From positions 79,732,001 through 79,796,000 of the forward strand of contig NC_043001.1 of assembly GCF_006345805.1 (NCBI RefSeq): a stretch of 64,000 nucleotides of DNA, in the 5' to 3' direction. A program made the translations under genes and the position numbers. Below are positions 27,915-42,540 of this stretch, in pieces. Position 1 is the stretch's first letter; every line of letters begins with the position of its first letter. Origin of the DNA: Octopus sinensis. Its lineage: Eukaryota. The notes below the pieces were generated by a model. That model searched no databases and was not told the DNA's origin. It saw only the letters and a program-made list of their open reading frames with translations.

Positions 27915-29572
27915 TAGGCCCTGATAGATTTCCCGCCAGTCTCCTGAAGGAATGTAGATATCAACTTGCAGTCCCTCTGACCAACCTCTGGAGAAACTCG
28001 TTAGACGCAGGTTATATACCGAAAAAGTTTCTATCCCAGTCGGTCATCCCGGTTTTCAAACAGGGAAACAGATCCCTCGCAGTCAACTATCGCCCAATCT
28101 CACTCACCTCCCACATCATTAAAGTGTTTGAAAGAGTGTTAAGATCAAGGATAGCTGACTTCCTGGAGACCCACAAACTCCTAAATTCAAATCAACATGG
28201 CTTTCGCTGTGGCAGGGACTGTCTAACACAGCTCTTACACCACATTGAAGATGTACTCAAAGCCTTGGGAACAGGTTCGAATTCTGACTTCATATACCTT
28301 GACTTCAGTAAAGCGTTCGACAGGGTAGACCATAACATCCTACTCTCAAAATTGGCAAATGTTGGAATGCGTGGAAAAGTTCTACACTGGATTCAGTATT
28401 TCCTAGCGAATAGAACACATGTTGTAGTTGATGGAGTCCACTCAAACCCAGCAAAAGTCACCAGCGGTGTTCCCCAGGGAACTGTTTTGGGTCCGCTACT
28501 CTTCATAATTTATGTAAACGACCTTTCCAGTGTCGTACATCACTGCAAAGTGAAAATATTCGCTGATGACACTAAGCTCCAGCAAATCGTCAATGAAGAA
28601 GCAGACCGAACTCAACTCCAGTCTGACCTATATGCTGTGAGTCAATGGGCAGACAGAAACAAAATGCAACTGAATGAGGGAAAATTTGAGCTGATGCATT
28701 TTGGAAGAAATTCCTCACTAAAACAACCATACTCTCTTCCTTCAGGGGAACCGCTCACAGCCTCTAACAATATCAGAGACCTGGGTGTAATTGTTGATGA
28801 CGATCTCAGTTGGAGTGCACACATCAACAGAAGGTCGATACAGCTCGTAGGATGAGTTCCTGGATCTTAAGAACATTCCGGTCCAGAGAACAAGGTGTCA
28901 TCATACCACTTTTTTCATCCTTTGTACGGCCACACCTTGAATACTGCTGCCCACTGTGGTCTCCTCACACAAGACAAAACATCTCCAGAATTGAGTCACC
29001 CCAGAGGGCTCTTACTAAACAAATTGAAGGCATGGCTGCTCTCGACTATTGGGATCGCCTTAAAGCCTTGAAACTTACTCCCTCCAGCGTCGCCGTGAGC
29101 GGTACATCATTTGTACGATGTGGAAAATATACCGCCAACTTTGCCCAAACGACCTAAACATTAGCTTCAAGGTTCATCCGAGACTTGGACCTCGGGCTAT
29201 ACGTCCCCTGCCAAATTCAAGATCACAACATACATGTACACTGCAACATAATTTCTTTTCCTCAACAGGCCCTGCCCTATTTAACATTGTCCCGAGGGAG
29301 ATCAAAGAGGAAAAGGATCCCATCAACTTCAAACAGAGTCTGGATAGATTCCTTCAAAGAATACCAGACAAGCCACCCATAATTGGATACAACTCACCCA
29401 ACAAGAACTCACTACTTGAACAAAACTGGATACAACTCACCCAACAAGAACTCACTACTTGAACAAAACTTGACTTAAACAGGATTCGAATAATCCTATC
29501 AGGTGGTGCTATTAAGTTAGACATGGCCTGGACCAATCTCTGGTCGAAACATATCGAAGTTTTCTAAGTTTT
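27915..29572 (+). mobile_element. 5-prime truncated CR1-group LINE (reverse transcriptase, frameshifted)
   Basis: Motifs GPD, NYRPISLTS, QHGFR, YLDFSKAFD, SGVPQGTVLGP, FADD, RDLGV, VRPHLEYC across three ORFs. 3-prime hairpin GACCA-ATCTC-TGGTC and a short AAGTTTT tail. Confidence 0.95.
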
Positions 29573-29679
29573 TATATATATATATATATATATTACGCTA
29601 TGATCATTGTTTTCATTGAGGTGTTTGCTCCGGTAGATGCTATACCGACACTATACCAAAAGAGCGAGCCATATCAAAT

Positions 29680-29925
29680 GACTAAAGGTCCTTTGGGTCA
29701 TTCCTTGAACTTTCTAACATCCTCTTCAGCTGTTCCTAACAAGGCTCTTTTCTACAATAGCCTGGTTCTGATTGTAATTCCTAGCTTCTCAAGCCATGCA
29801 TCCACTTCTTTTACTAACTGCTTCCAGTGCACCAACCGCAATCGTTACCAATTGTCTGTGCCTGATTCTTTAGTTTTGTAATTTCCGAATTCCGCTCTTG
29901 ATATTTCTCCGGTTTCACTCTTTCC
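29680..29925 (-). mobile_element. C-terminal remnant of an R4/Dong-like retrotransposon
   Basis: Minus strand reads approximately VGALEA...WLEKLGITIRTRLL*KRALLGTAEEDVRK, resembling the R4/Dong C-terminus (IGALG...QK.ALLGTA.I.RK). Confidence 0.55.
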
Positions 29926-31325
29926 TTCATATTATTTTATTGCTGTTGTTGTTTTTGTCGTTGATTTTCTTTATCCTATACGACATATAAGCACATACAC
30001 ACACACTCACACACACGAGCACATATGTACACACACACACACACACATATACGATGGGCTCCGAATTTTTCTCTCTCAGTCCCACACAAAGTGCTTTAGT
30101 TGACCAGGCCAAGGTATCATGTATTGTAAGTGAAGCCGGAACACTGTGGATAGGAAACAAACTTTAAGCCACACACCAGGTATATCAAATATCATGTATC
30201 GCAAATTCTCGATTTATTAAAATTATTTCCGCCTTTCGAGGATGTATCATAACTGCCAAATGACAAGACCAGTTCTTTATGTGAAGAGGAGATAACCGCA
30301 AGAATCAAGAAAACTTCATGGCTGGCATGTCACAAAGAAAAAGTTCAGGCTTGTTGCCAGAAGAAAAGTAGACAGGCATGAACACATGTTTCAGCCTCAG
30401 TAGCCGTTATCGGTACAGCAATTGTCGATCAGCATTTTCATTCGTTGGAAAATGCGTTTCCTAACTGTGCACCCATGCTGAAATACAAACATGTGCACCT
30501 TAGGCCAAATTGACCATACCACTATTTTTTTAACAGAGTTACAGCCTTTCAGAGAAAGAAAGAAAATAACAAATAAAGTGTAGAATACATTTAAGATCTA
30601 GCTATTTTCCATAATTTAAGCAAATGTGACCTAAAGGAAATAACTCGCGTTTGCCAGTTGCGCGTATATGAAGAACATAGACAAATCCAGGTGTATCAAA
30701 GACCATACAATATTGATTTACTGAAAGTATATCCATCTCTAGAGAATGTATCATAACTTCAAAATATAGAATTCAGACCAGATCCATATGAGGAGGTCAG
30801 ATTCATATGCCATTACTGTAAACGTAACGCGTAATGTCTGGAGAAAAGAAAATATTCATGGATATATAGGTGTGAAATCCAGAAACAATCTGTGTGTGCG
30901 CGCGCATGCATGTATCTAAAAATGCAGGTATATCAAATACCATACAATATAAATTCTTGATTTATTAAATGTATTTCCACGTCTACAGGACGTGACAAAC
31001 TTATGAAATAGGAATGTAGAGAGCTCTATAAGGAGACGATAGACCATCTCCTTAAGGTAAAGGATAGTATGATTGTCTGGATAAAAGATGGTATTAGTGG
31101 TCAAATGTTTCAACTTCAATACCTGTCATCAGCATATGCACACTGTTTTAGAACCCAATTCAGTTTTTCCTTGACTTTTACCCGGTCTCCTAATTACATT
31201 AACTCCTTGTTCAGCTATAATTATCGTCTTTTTCCACAACATTCTAATCTGAAACTGTAATCTACACTATGTCATTCACCAAATTATATATATATGTATA
31301 TATATAAGTTCGACAAAACAATTTA

Positions 31326-31412
31326 GATTCAAATGAATATGGTACTTAATTTAGATGCACCAGAATTTTTTATGGTATTACCCATAAAATTATGTGGGGT
31401 GATTATAACCAA
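31326..31412 (-). mobile_element. Solo fragment of the fold-back family 1 tail
   Basis: ATTCAAATGAATATGGTACTTAA...GCACCAGAATTT...GGTGATTATAA is a diverged reverse complement of 8198-8283. Confidence 0.7.
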
Positions 31413-31435
31413 AAAATATGTTGCTTATGTTTTGG

Positions 31436-31472
<37 letters not shown>

Positions 31473-33053
31473 TGTGTGTGTGTATGTGTTTATGTGTGTA
31501 TGTGTGTGTGTGATATTAATTTATGGTTGTTAATTCAACGTGGTTGAATATACAAGGAGAGAGAAAAGTTGAAAGTACAAATCTGTATTTTTTCTCTTTC
31601 TCTTTCCTTATATATATGTATGTGTGTGTGCGTTCATAAATACTATACAGAGAATATATAGGGACAACTGAATAAAGGGAATATTCTTTATGTTGTATGT
31701 CTCATTTCTTTGGTTTTTTTCGTTATTCGAGAAAAAGTTCGTTTCTATGTTTTTGTTTCTCATTGTGTTCAGCGTTTTTTTTTTAATGTCCAATACTCAT
31801 ATATGCATGTATATATACATATGTACGTAGGTATGTACATAGATGTATGTATATATGCATATATTTATATTTTATTTATATTATTATGTATATATATATA
31901 TATATATACATACACATATTCTTAATTACGCATATAATATATGGGAGCAAGCTGTTTTAATTTTTAATGTTTAATTCTTATTTCTTAATACTCGACTTTC
32001 AGTTTTTAATATTTGATAGGATGGACATACCCATGTGAAATCCCTAATATTCTATGAAAGTATCAATGTAACAAATAAGTAACTAATTATTCTGTTCTAT
32101 TACATAACAGAAGTAAAAAGAATCTTTAGACACTCATCTGCTATTTCCTCTATGGTGTTGTTTAACAATAATGTAAGTCAGTCCATCAAACACAGTGTGG
32201 ATTTGGTGAAAACAAAGGACTTGTATTTCAAACGTACTGTGTCATATAAGCAAATGATATTCACCTAAGTTGGACGGACCTACATATGAACTTATATATA
32301 CGTCTGTGTGTGTATGTGTGTGAGTATGTGTATGTGTGTGTGTGCGTGCGAGAGAGAAGGAGAGAGAGAGAAAGAAAGTGCGTGTGTATATATATATATA
32401 CATATACATACATGCATGTATACATACAAGTCGTTTGGTGTCTTCTAGCATGTGGTGCTACTTACTAGTTGCTGTTAATATAATTCTACTTATAAAACTA
32501 AACACATTGTATTAATTTTTACCTAAATGGTTTTTTTACATGCTAGCTACTTAAAACCCTATGTTGATTTTTATCCTTGATTATAATAATAAAAATATGG
32601 ATTCACTTCAACCAATTTATTGGCCGCTCAATTATTTTGGTTAAGATGAAGGAACTCAATTTAATTCCTATATAAATGTGAGTATTTGTGTATGTACTGT
32701 CGATACATGTGTTCGTATACTATGCATACATGCTTATAATTATGTGCTTTGAGTTGTGTCTTACTAAGGATAGTAAAAGCTATTACATCCCAAAACTAGA
32801 AATCGATCTATGGCTAAAACTTTTTTTAAAATCTTTTTTATTAATTCTCTTGCTTTCACCACGTGTCTATATGATGAATAAGGTAGTTTTAGAGCCATTT
32901 GACGTCTTCTTGTAGCATGTGACGCAACTCAGTAGTTGCCTTTATAATAATTATATTTATAAAATTAAATATTTTTACTAATTCTTACCTAGATGCTTTT
33001 TTACACGCTAGCTGCTGAATAAAATCTTACATAGATTTTATACATGATTATAA

Positions 33054-33168
<115 letters not shown>

Positions 33169-33188
33169 TTATCTATCTATCCATCTCT

Positions 33189-33270
<82 letters not shown>

Positions 33271-33609
33271 AATGCATATATATTTATGTATGTATATATG
33301 TATATACTAAGAGAGAGTGGGGAATTATGAGATCAGTGCTTGTGAGTAGGTGAAGAATTAAGCAGTAAAGATATAAACTGATTATTTTTCTAGATTTTAA
33401 GATTATTTTAATTTTTGAATGATACTAGGAATTAGAAATTAATGCTCAGGTAAGAAGTAAGCTCATTTTGTATAGGTGAAGCAGTTTCGTAATCACAGCA
33501 TCAAAGATATGTGCATAACAATCGTCTTCGAATTTTCAAAATACATTTTTTTCTCCCATACGATGCTGTTAATTCGAGCAGGCTTCAGTATCTTGGCCTA
33601 ATCTATGTA

Positions 33610-34434
33610 CCTGCTCTGATCAGCAGGTAACGAAGCTAAAGCACGCATAGTAAAGCCACTTGGCGCAGATTGACCATAAACTCTACTGCGCAGGCGCAGT
33701 AAGGTTTGACGTTCTAGCTCACTTCAGCTGTTTACAGCACTGCTTGTAAGGAAGATGTGTACCGTGTGATCATCGCATTGACCATGACAGAGAAAGTTGA
33801 GCATAGAATCTTCATCAAATTTTGTAAATAACTAGGCGATACATGCTCAGAGGCCTAGTTGAAGTTTTTAAAAAGTTTCCACCGTTCTCAGCAAGGAGAA
33901 TTTGTGCAAGTGAAAAACATGGCAGACACGCACCTCATATCCAAATCTTCAGTGGTAGTGGACTGAAGTGAACTGTAACTAATCTGCACATCCTCTCATA
34001 ACTCACAGATGGTGATTCAACAATCTCCCCTCACATTTGCACGCACATCGATGTTTTTCTCAGTTCTGCTGGTTGTAGGTCTCACAGAACTTTCGTCAAT
34101 ATCGGCATTTTATCGCCCGTCTTAGAAATATCTGAACCACTCGTACACCTGTGTAAGGCTCATACACTCCTTTCCACAAACTGTCCGCAACTTTGCGTAA
34201 TCTTCTAAGCAGGTATAGCCGTAATAACTTTCTCTGTCATGGTCAATGCGACGATCACACGCTGAACACCTTTCTTTCAAGCACTCTTCTAAACAGCAGA
34301 AGAGATCTGGAACGTTAAAACATAAAGCACACGCACAGCAGCGTTCAATGTCAATCTTTGCCAAGCGACTTCACCCTGCACGCTTCAGCTTCGTTACAAT
34401 AGCACCAGTCCGGATACTTATTGATCAGACCTGG
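33610..34434 (-). mobile_element. Non-autonomous mariner derivative with two 5-prime ends (second copy)
   Basis: TA-flanked, TIR ...TTATTGATCAGACCTGG. Both arms contain ATGACAGAGAAAGTT (transposase start). Minus ORF includes YAKLRTVCGKECMSLTQVYEWFRYF. Confidence 0.85.
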
Positions 34435-34892
34435 TACAGTGATGGGAAAATATGCTGTGGTATGTATTTATGGTTGTTTATATTCTCGGTTTTTGGTACT
34501 GACATCGTACTAATATGAAATTCGGAAAATCACAACAGAAAGCGTTATAGTAAGGTTAGAAGAAAGCATAGAAGAAAAAAAAACAGCTTTCATTAACTGG
34601 TGAATGTAGCCTGTTGATAGGTGAATCATTGCTACTCTCACAATTTCCCTTCATTGTGATGATTTACTGTCTCTGTGTGCGCATGAGCAGTGTCATTCCA
34701 TGCTTACGAACTGTGGACTAATGTAAAAAGCATTAAAGATGGTAACACAACTTACCTAGATAAGTGTTTGGAGACATTGAGCGAGAGAGAGAGAGGGGGG
34801 GAGACGTACACTGACATGCATAGTATATATATATGTATGTATAAATACATACATACATACACACACACACGCACACACACACATACATACAT

Positions 34893-34960
<68 letters not shown>

Positions 34961-36088
34961 GTAGATACGTATATACAAACATATACATACACACATAGAT
35001 ATGTATGCATACATACAAATATATATATATATATACAAGCGTATAAAAGTGTATAGGTAAGCATATATATATATGCTTACCTATACGCACGTGTATAGAA
35101 ATATGTTAGTTATGCGTAGAAATTTAGATAAATTATATCTTTACGTCTTGTTTTTGAATATTCCTTTCCCAGAAGAAAATATAAAAAAACAAAACTTTTG
35201 ATGTAATCGCATTTACAAACACACATATAAACACACATATACAAGCATAAGCATAAACGCACAAACACACACTTAAATTCTCTCGTAAATTCATATATAC
35301 AAACGCATATTGTCTCTTCCTTACCTACTTTGTATTCCTTAGGCAGTCACTATCTTTCTCTCTCTCTCTTTCCTCTCTCTCCTCATTCTCTTTCCTCTTC
35401 TATCTGCTTTTTCCTCTCTCTCTCTAGCTCTCTTTCCTATTCTTGAATTGTTGGTGAATTTTCAGCGTAAGTATAGAATAAAAATAAAACAGAAGAAAAT
35501 ATGCAGAAATAGTTAGAGAGAGAGACTAAGAGAGAGAGAGAGAGAGAGAGAGAGATACAGAGTAAATGAGAGAGGTGGAAAGGGAGAGTTCAGACAGAAA
35601 AAAGAACTATCTTTTAGCAAAATGTATAGAAATACAATCTCTTAACCATTTTTATAGCTCTCCAGTGGTACCAGAGCGCACTCTGGTGTACGCTCAAGAA
35701 GTCATGTTATGACAAATGGAGCAAGATTGTGACTCACAATTATAAATCTACTCTTAGTAGCATTAATCTAATTTATACATTATTCACTATAACATCTTTC
35801 GTTACTATGTGCGCGAGCGTGCGAGTGTGCATACATACATATATTCACACATACATACATACATACATACATAACATACATACATACAGAGATACATGTA
35901 TACATACATGCACACAGTGGTTTATATATATGTGTGTGGGGGGGGGGTATAAATACGTATATATATGCATGTATGTATACGTATGTGTGCATATGCGTAT
36001 GTATACGCAAGTGTGTCTCAGTCTCCATATATACATACCTCAATATACCAAATATACAACTCGCATTCATACACATACATATATATCC

Positions 36089-36136
<48 letters not shown>

Positions 36137-36186
36137 GTATGTACCTACCTATCCATCCATCTCTCTCTATATATACACACACACAC

Positions 36187-36220
<34 letters not shown>

Positions 36221-36248
36221 ATGTATATATATATGTATATATGTGTAA

Positions 36249-36282
<34 letters not shown>

Positions 36283-36871
36283 GTATACATATACATATAT
36301 ATGTGTGTGTGTGTTGATTAATTGCTAGAGGGATGCGTATGTGTGTTTGTGTGTTTGTGTGTGTGTGTGGGTGTGTGTGCGTGCGTGTGTGCGTGCGTGT
36401 GGGTGTGTAGATTTCTAACATCGAAAGACAGATACTGAAACAAGATTAAACATTACCTCATAAAGTAGTCATCACAAATAATAAAATAAAATAAGTATTG
36501 TTTTTATAAACTACATATTTATATCATCATATTTTTGTGTACTTGATATATTGTATCATTAGTTCTCATAAAAGAGTAATGACTAATGATTAATGCTACA
36601 CCCAAAATGTTCTTTTTTAAAACAGGTTGAAAAACCTGCATTTCGGCGAAGCACCACAGGCACTCACCCTGTATGCTTACCGTCTATCGTCTACTTCTAG
36701 TCCTCTTTGCTTCTCAGTGACTTTATCTCACTGTATGTGTGTGTCTGTGTGTGTATATATATATATACATGTGTTTATATACATGTGTATGTATACAAGT
36801 GAAACACCTGAAATTTTAAGGTGTTTCCATTATTTTGTCCAACGCCATGTACACACACACACATACACATA

Positions 36872-37013
<142 letters not shown>

Positions 37014-37100
37014 TATTAGAGACAAAACCACTATTTTGCAAAACAAACAAGGAAAGACTTAATCAATACATAAAATTTTAATAAATAGTCAAAAAGACCG

Positions 37101-37143
37101 CCACTACAATTGTTTCTTGTCTTGATCGACAATCTTCAGGTGG
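37101..37143 (-). ncRNA. Minimal type I hammerhead ribozyme
   Basis: Exact reverse complement of 37891-37933. Confidence 0.85.
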
Positions 37144-37890
37144 ACTTCCAATCTAAAATATCAATATTTTAAAATATAAAAATAATAATTTTAAAATAAT
37201 TCAAGTATGAATGAAAAAATATAAATATATAATCCATATATAACCTATATATAATCCATATATGAGTTTTGGTTTATCATGGTAGGTTTGTTAAGGAATT
37301 CGTAGTAATTTGTGTCTATTTGCGATGTCTGTTGTTTTATTGCATTGTTACATTCATAATTTTTAAGTAGTGTTCGTTTTACCAAGTGAATATAATTTTT
37401 AATTCCATTTATTCCATTTCTCCGTTCATATTTTAAGTGATGTCCGTTTTCTAGAGCGTGAATGTGGGTTGTATGTGTGTGTGTGGGAGTATGAATAAGT
37501 ATTGTGTTGAAGTATTTAGCTATTTTATTTATTTATAGTTGCCTAGACGTTTTTATGTGTATGTATAGGGATATATATATAGGTGTGTGATTTAGTGTAT
37601 GTAGTTAGATATGGTTATATATAATTAGGTATATTGTTGGGTGTATATATAGTTTATTATTATATTATTATTATTTTTTTGTTTTGTTTTATATTTTATA
37701 TTTTATATTTTATATTTTATATTTAATTGTTGATAGGTTTATTTTAGTTTATATATTGTTTATATATTGATTATATATGGATTATATATAGGTTATATGG
37801 ATTATATATTTATATTTTTTCATTCATACTTTAATTATTTTAAAATTATTATTTTTATATTTTAAAATATTGATATTTTAGATTGGAAGT

Positions 37891-37933
37891 CCACCTGAAG
37901 ATTGTCGATCAAGACAAGAAACAATTGTAGTGG
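37891..37933 (+). ncRNA. Minimal type I hammerhead ribozyme
   Basis: CCAC-CUGAAGA-UUGUC-GAUCAA-GACAA-GAAA-CAAUUG-UA-GUGG. All core nucleotides present, 4-bp helix I, 5-bp helix II, palindromic helix III, GUA cut site after 37929. Confidence 0.88.
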
Positions 37934-38969
37934 CGGTTTTTTTGACTATTTATTAAAATTTTATGTATTGATTAAGTCTTTCCTTGTTTGTTTTGCAAAA
38001 TAGTGGTTTTGTCTCTAATAATATTTTATAATATTTTACTATAAAATTGGATTTAATCCTAAATCTGATTTTTCCCTGTAAATTTGGATTTATTCCCTAA
38101 TATTTATTATATATATATATATAATATATATATATATATGTATATATATATATCTCTCTATATGTATATATGTATGCATTTATTCATACATATATATATA
38201 TATATATATATCTATATATATATATATATTATATTATATATATATATATATATATATAGTGCGTGTATTCTGTTTAACGAATGTTTGAATATGATTTTTT
38301 AAACTATTCTGTGCAATATATCAGTTACATATAATACAATTTGTATGTGGTTTGTATATTTACAACAGGCCTGATATCTGCTGTATTTGTTCTCTTGTAT
38401 TATTCTGCATTTTTCTATGGCTGGCTCTGTTTGCTTTAATAAAAACACAAGCTCTTAACATTTGTTCGTTTTATTCAGTCGTTTTTCTATATGTAGATAT
38501 TCTTTCGTCCGTATGCGAGTTTACCACTGAGCAAGGAGTTTACCGCTGACATTTTGTAACTCGCTGAACATTCGCTTTCTCAATATATAGCTATTTGAAA
38601 GCAGTGAGCTGGCAGAAACGCGGAGTAGTTGAAACAGGGACAACTGATGAAGGAGAATATTTTTTATGTTGTATGTCTCGTTTTTCTGTTTTTACGTTGT
38701 TCAAAAAAAGTTCGTTTTCTATATTTTTGTTTTTATGATTTCGTTTCTCATTGTGTTCAACGTTTTTTTTTTCTTTTTGATGTCCTGTACACATATATGC
38801 ATGTCTATATACATATATACATATATATATATATATATGTAGGTATGTGCATATATATATGTATATATGCATATATATATATGCTGTTTACTTTTCCAAA
38901 TAAGTTTTATCTTTATATATATGTATATATATATATATATTTATATATATGTATATATATATATATATG

Positions 38970-39012
<43 letters not shown>

Positions 39013-39021
39013 CATATATAT

Positions 39022-39052
<31 letters not shown>

Positions 39053-39145
39053 AAATATTATTAGAGACAAAACCACTATTTTGCAAAACAAACAAGGAAA
39101 GACTTAATCAATACATAAAATTTTAATAAATAGTCAAAAAGACCG

Positions 39146-39188
39146 CCACTACAATTGTTTCTTGTCTTGATCGACAATCTTCAGGTGG
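39146..39188 (-). ncRNA. Minimal type I hammerhead ribozyme
   Basis: Identical to 37101-37143. Confidence 0.85.
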
Positions 39189-39938
39189 ACTTCCAATCTA
39201 AAATATCAATATTTTAAAATATAAAAATAATAATTTTAAAATAATTCAAGTATGAATGAAAAAATATAAATATATAATCCATATATAACCTATATATAAT
39301 CCATATATGAGTTTTGGTTTATCATGGTAGGTTTGTTAAGGAATTCGTAGTAATTTGTGTCTATTTGCGATGTCTGTTGTTTTATTGCATTGTTACATTC
39401 ATAATTTTTAAGTAGTGTTCGTTTTACCAAGTGAATATAATTTTTAATTCCATTTATTCCATTTCTCCGTTCATAATTTTAAGTGATGTCCGTTTTCTAG
39501 AGCGTGAATGTGGGTTGTATGTGTGTGTGTGTGGGAGTATGAATAAGTATTGTGTTGAAGTATTTAGCTATTTTATTTATTTATAGTTGCCTAGACGTTT
39601 TTATGTGTATGTATAGGGATATATATATAGGTGTGTGATTTAGTGTATGTAGTTAGATATGGTTATATATAATTAGGTATATGTGTTGGGTGTATATATA
39701 GTTATTATTATATTATTATTATTTTTTTGTTTTGTTTTATATTTTATATTTTATATTTTATATTTTATATTTAATTGTTGATAGGTTTATTTTAGTTTAT
39801 ATATTGTTTATATATTGATTATATATGGATTATATATAGGTTATATGGATTATATATTTATATTTTTTCATTCATACTTTAATTATTTTAAAATTATTAT
39901 TTTTATATTTTAAAATATTGATATTTTAGATTGGAAGT

Positions 39939-39981
39939 CCACCTGAAGATTGTCGATCAAGACAAGAAACAATTGTAGTGG
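39939..39981 (+). ncRNA. Minimal type I hammerhead ribozyme
   Basis: Identical to 37891-37933; predicted cut after 39977. Confidence 0.88.
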
Positions 39982-40151
39982 CGGTTTTTTTGACTATTTA
40001 TTAAAATTTTATGTATTGATTAAGTCTTTCCTTGTTTGTTTTGCAAAATAGTGGTTTTGTCTCTAATAATATTTTATAATATTTTACTATAAAATTGGAT
40101 TTAATCCTAAATCTGATTTTTCCCTGTAAATTTGGATTTATTCCCTATATT

Positions 40152-40197
<46 letters not shown>

Positions 40198-40254
40198 ACA
40201 TATATATCTCTCTATATGTATATATGTATGCATTTATTCATACATATATATAAA

Positions 40255-40293
<39 letters not shown>

Positions 40294-40848
40294 CGTGTAT
40301 TCTGTTTAACGAATGTTTGAATATGATTTTTTAAACTATTCTGTGCAATATATCAGTTACATATAATACAATTTGTATGTGGTTTGTATATTTACAACAG
40401 GCCTGATATCTGCTGTATTTGTTCTCTTGTATTATTCTGCATTTTTCTATGGCTGGCTCTGTTTGCTTTAATAAAAACACAAGCTCTTAACATTTGTTCG
40501 TTTTATTCAGTCGTTTTTCTATATGTAGATATTCTTTCGTCCGTATGCGAGTTTACCACTGAGCAAGGAGTTTACCGCTGACATTTTGTAACTCGCTGAA
40601 CATTCGCTTTCTCAATATATAGCTATTTGAAAGCAGTGAGCTGGCAGAAACGCGGAGTAGTTGAAACAGGGACAACTGATGAAGGAGAATATTTTTTATG
40701 TTGTATGTCTCGTTTTTCTGTTTTTACGTTGTTCAAAAAAAGTTCGTTTTCTATATTTTTGTTTTTATGATTTCGTTTCTCATTGTGTTCAACGTTTTTT
40801 TTTTCTTTTTGATGTCCTGTACACATATATGCATGTCTATATACATAT

Positions 40849-40879
<31 letters not shown>

Positions 40880-41016
40880 GTAGGTATGTGCATATATATA
40901 TGTATATATGCATATATATATATGCTGTTTACTTTTCCAAATAAGTTTTATCTTTATATATATGTATATATATATATATATTTATATATATGTATATATA
41001 TATTTATATGTTTATA

Positions 41017-41069
<53 letters not shown>

Positions 41070-41323
41070 TATTTACAATAGGCCTGATATCTGCTGTATT
41101 TGTTCTGTTGTATTATTCTGCATTTTTCTAGGGCTGGCTCTGTTTGCTTTAGTAAAAAAAAACAAGCTCTTAACAATTGTTTGTTTTATTCAGTTGGTTT
41201 TCTATATGTAGATATTCTTTCCTTCGTATGCGAGGGGGAGTATAATCTAACCGACCTTCTGAGTAAGGAGTTTACCACTGACATTCTGTAACTCGCTGAA
41301 CATTCGCTTTATCAATATATAGC

Positions 41324-41636
41324 AACGAGATAAACGCGCCGCGTCCAATGGACGGTGCTGAGTTGTCAAATATTTAAACCAAATTTTCTCAAAATAACTT
41401 GTCCGACCGTCCCATTGGCCTCCCCTTTTGTGACACCAGCAAAAGAAGAAATAAAGATAGACTTTTTTTCTATTCCAAGAAAAACGATTTTCCCACGGCT
41501 TTATTGATCGCATTCTCACCTGGAATCGATTTTTGTAATTTTTCCAAGACGTATACACGCCCTGTCACCGTCGGTATCTTCATATCAAATTTGAGCGCAA
41601 TCGGATGGAGGATACCCGAGATCCTAGAAGACACAC

Positions 41637-41672
<36 letters not shown>

Positions 41673-41690
41673 CGGATTTTATACAATAGA
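41324..41690 (-). mobile_element. Non-autonomous Helitron/Helentron-like element
   Basis: Minus 5-prime end TCTATTGTATAAAA followed by a (TG)n tract; GC-rich hairpin CGTCCATTGGACG close to the other end. Confidence 0.5.
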
Positions 41691-41695
41691 TTTGT

Positions 41696-41899
41696 AGGCG
41701 GCGAGTTGGCTGAAACGTTAGCACGCCAGGCGAAATGCTTAGCAGTCTTTACCTTCAGAGTTCAAATTCCGCCGAGGTCGACTCTGCCTTTCATCCTTTT
41801 GGGGTCGATAAATTAAGTACCATTTGCGAACTGGGGTAGATCTAATCGACTGGCCCCACCCTCAACATTTCGTACTTTGTGCCTAGAGCAGAAAAGAAA
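41696..41899 (+). mobile_element. SINE family B monomer
   Basis: GGCGGCGAGTTGGCTGAAACGTTAGCACGCC head, GAGTTCAAATTCCGCCGAGGTCGAC, tail GTGCCTAGAGCAGAAAAGAA. Confidence 0.9.
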
Positions 41900-42325
41900 T
41901 ATATATAGTATCAGCTGTTTGCTACAAGATTGATACAAGATCTATTTCTGTAGAAATAGTAATACACAATACATATTGTATTTTACTTCAGTATTGCTTT
42001 CTAACTTTTTATTAGCTTCTCATCGCTATTATTTGTGTGCGTTTTACCTTATTTATTTATTTATTTTTTTAATTTTTTATTTATTTATTGAGCCCTTAGA
42101 TCCGGCTACTAGATTTCCAAAGCGTATCAATGACCGTGATCTTAACATTATCCCTTAATGGGAAGCCGGCCTGTTGGAGTTTTAAAGGTTTTTAATTTTA
42201 AGGGCAAAAATATTGTGTCTACTGTATAAGGCAGTAACCAAGGAAAAAATTGAAATCCAGAATTTCCTAAAATCTTTTACTTACAACTGCAATTCCTCCT
42301 AAATGATTTCTCCTCTTTGGAGTCG

Positions 42326-42540
42326 TTAACTCTTTTTGTCAACAAATTTCAGTCGAAGTACTCTATCTTTGTTTCAATATATTTTGAAAAATAATGAAGA
42401 ATTTACTCATATAACTTTGTCGTTATTAAGCTGGTACTCGGAACATGTCATGAAATTTTTAGGAAAGTTTTCGGTTCAGATCACATTGAAACATATAGTT
42501 TGAATCGGAGATCCAAGGGCGATGGATTGATATCAAATCG
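42326..42540. mobile_element. Decayed TTAA-bounded MITE
   Basis: Shares AATAATGAAGAATTT...CTTTGTCGTTATTAAGCTGG...CATGAAATTTT with the two units at 49918-50350. Confidence 0.55.

Larger units (their letters stand above)
39049..40155 (+). mobile_element. Fold-back element family 2 (copy 2)
   Basis: Duplicate of 37004-38108. Confidence 0.88.

Noticed and set aside
29524-29556. CCTG-GACCA-ATCTC-TGGTC-GAAAC as a ribozyme
   Set aside because: Lacks CUGANGA; better explained as the LINE 3-prime stem-loop.
38636-38690. CUGAUGA followed by a hairpin (also at 40670 and diverged at 31665)
   Set aside because: No GAAA or NUH after the stem, so not a hammerhead as it stands; only a dispersed repeat.
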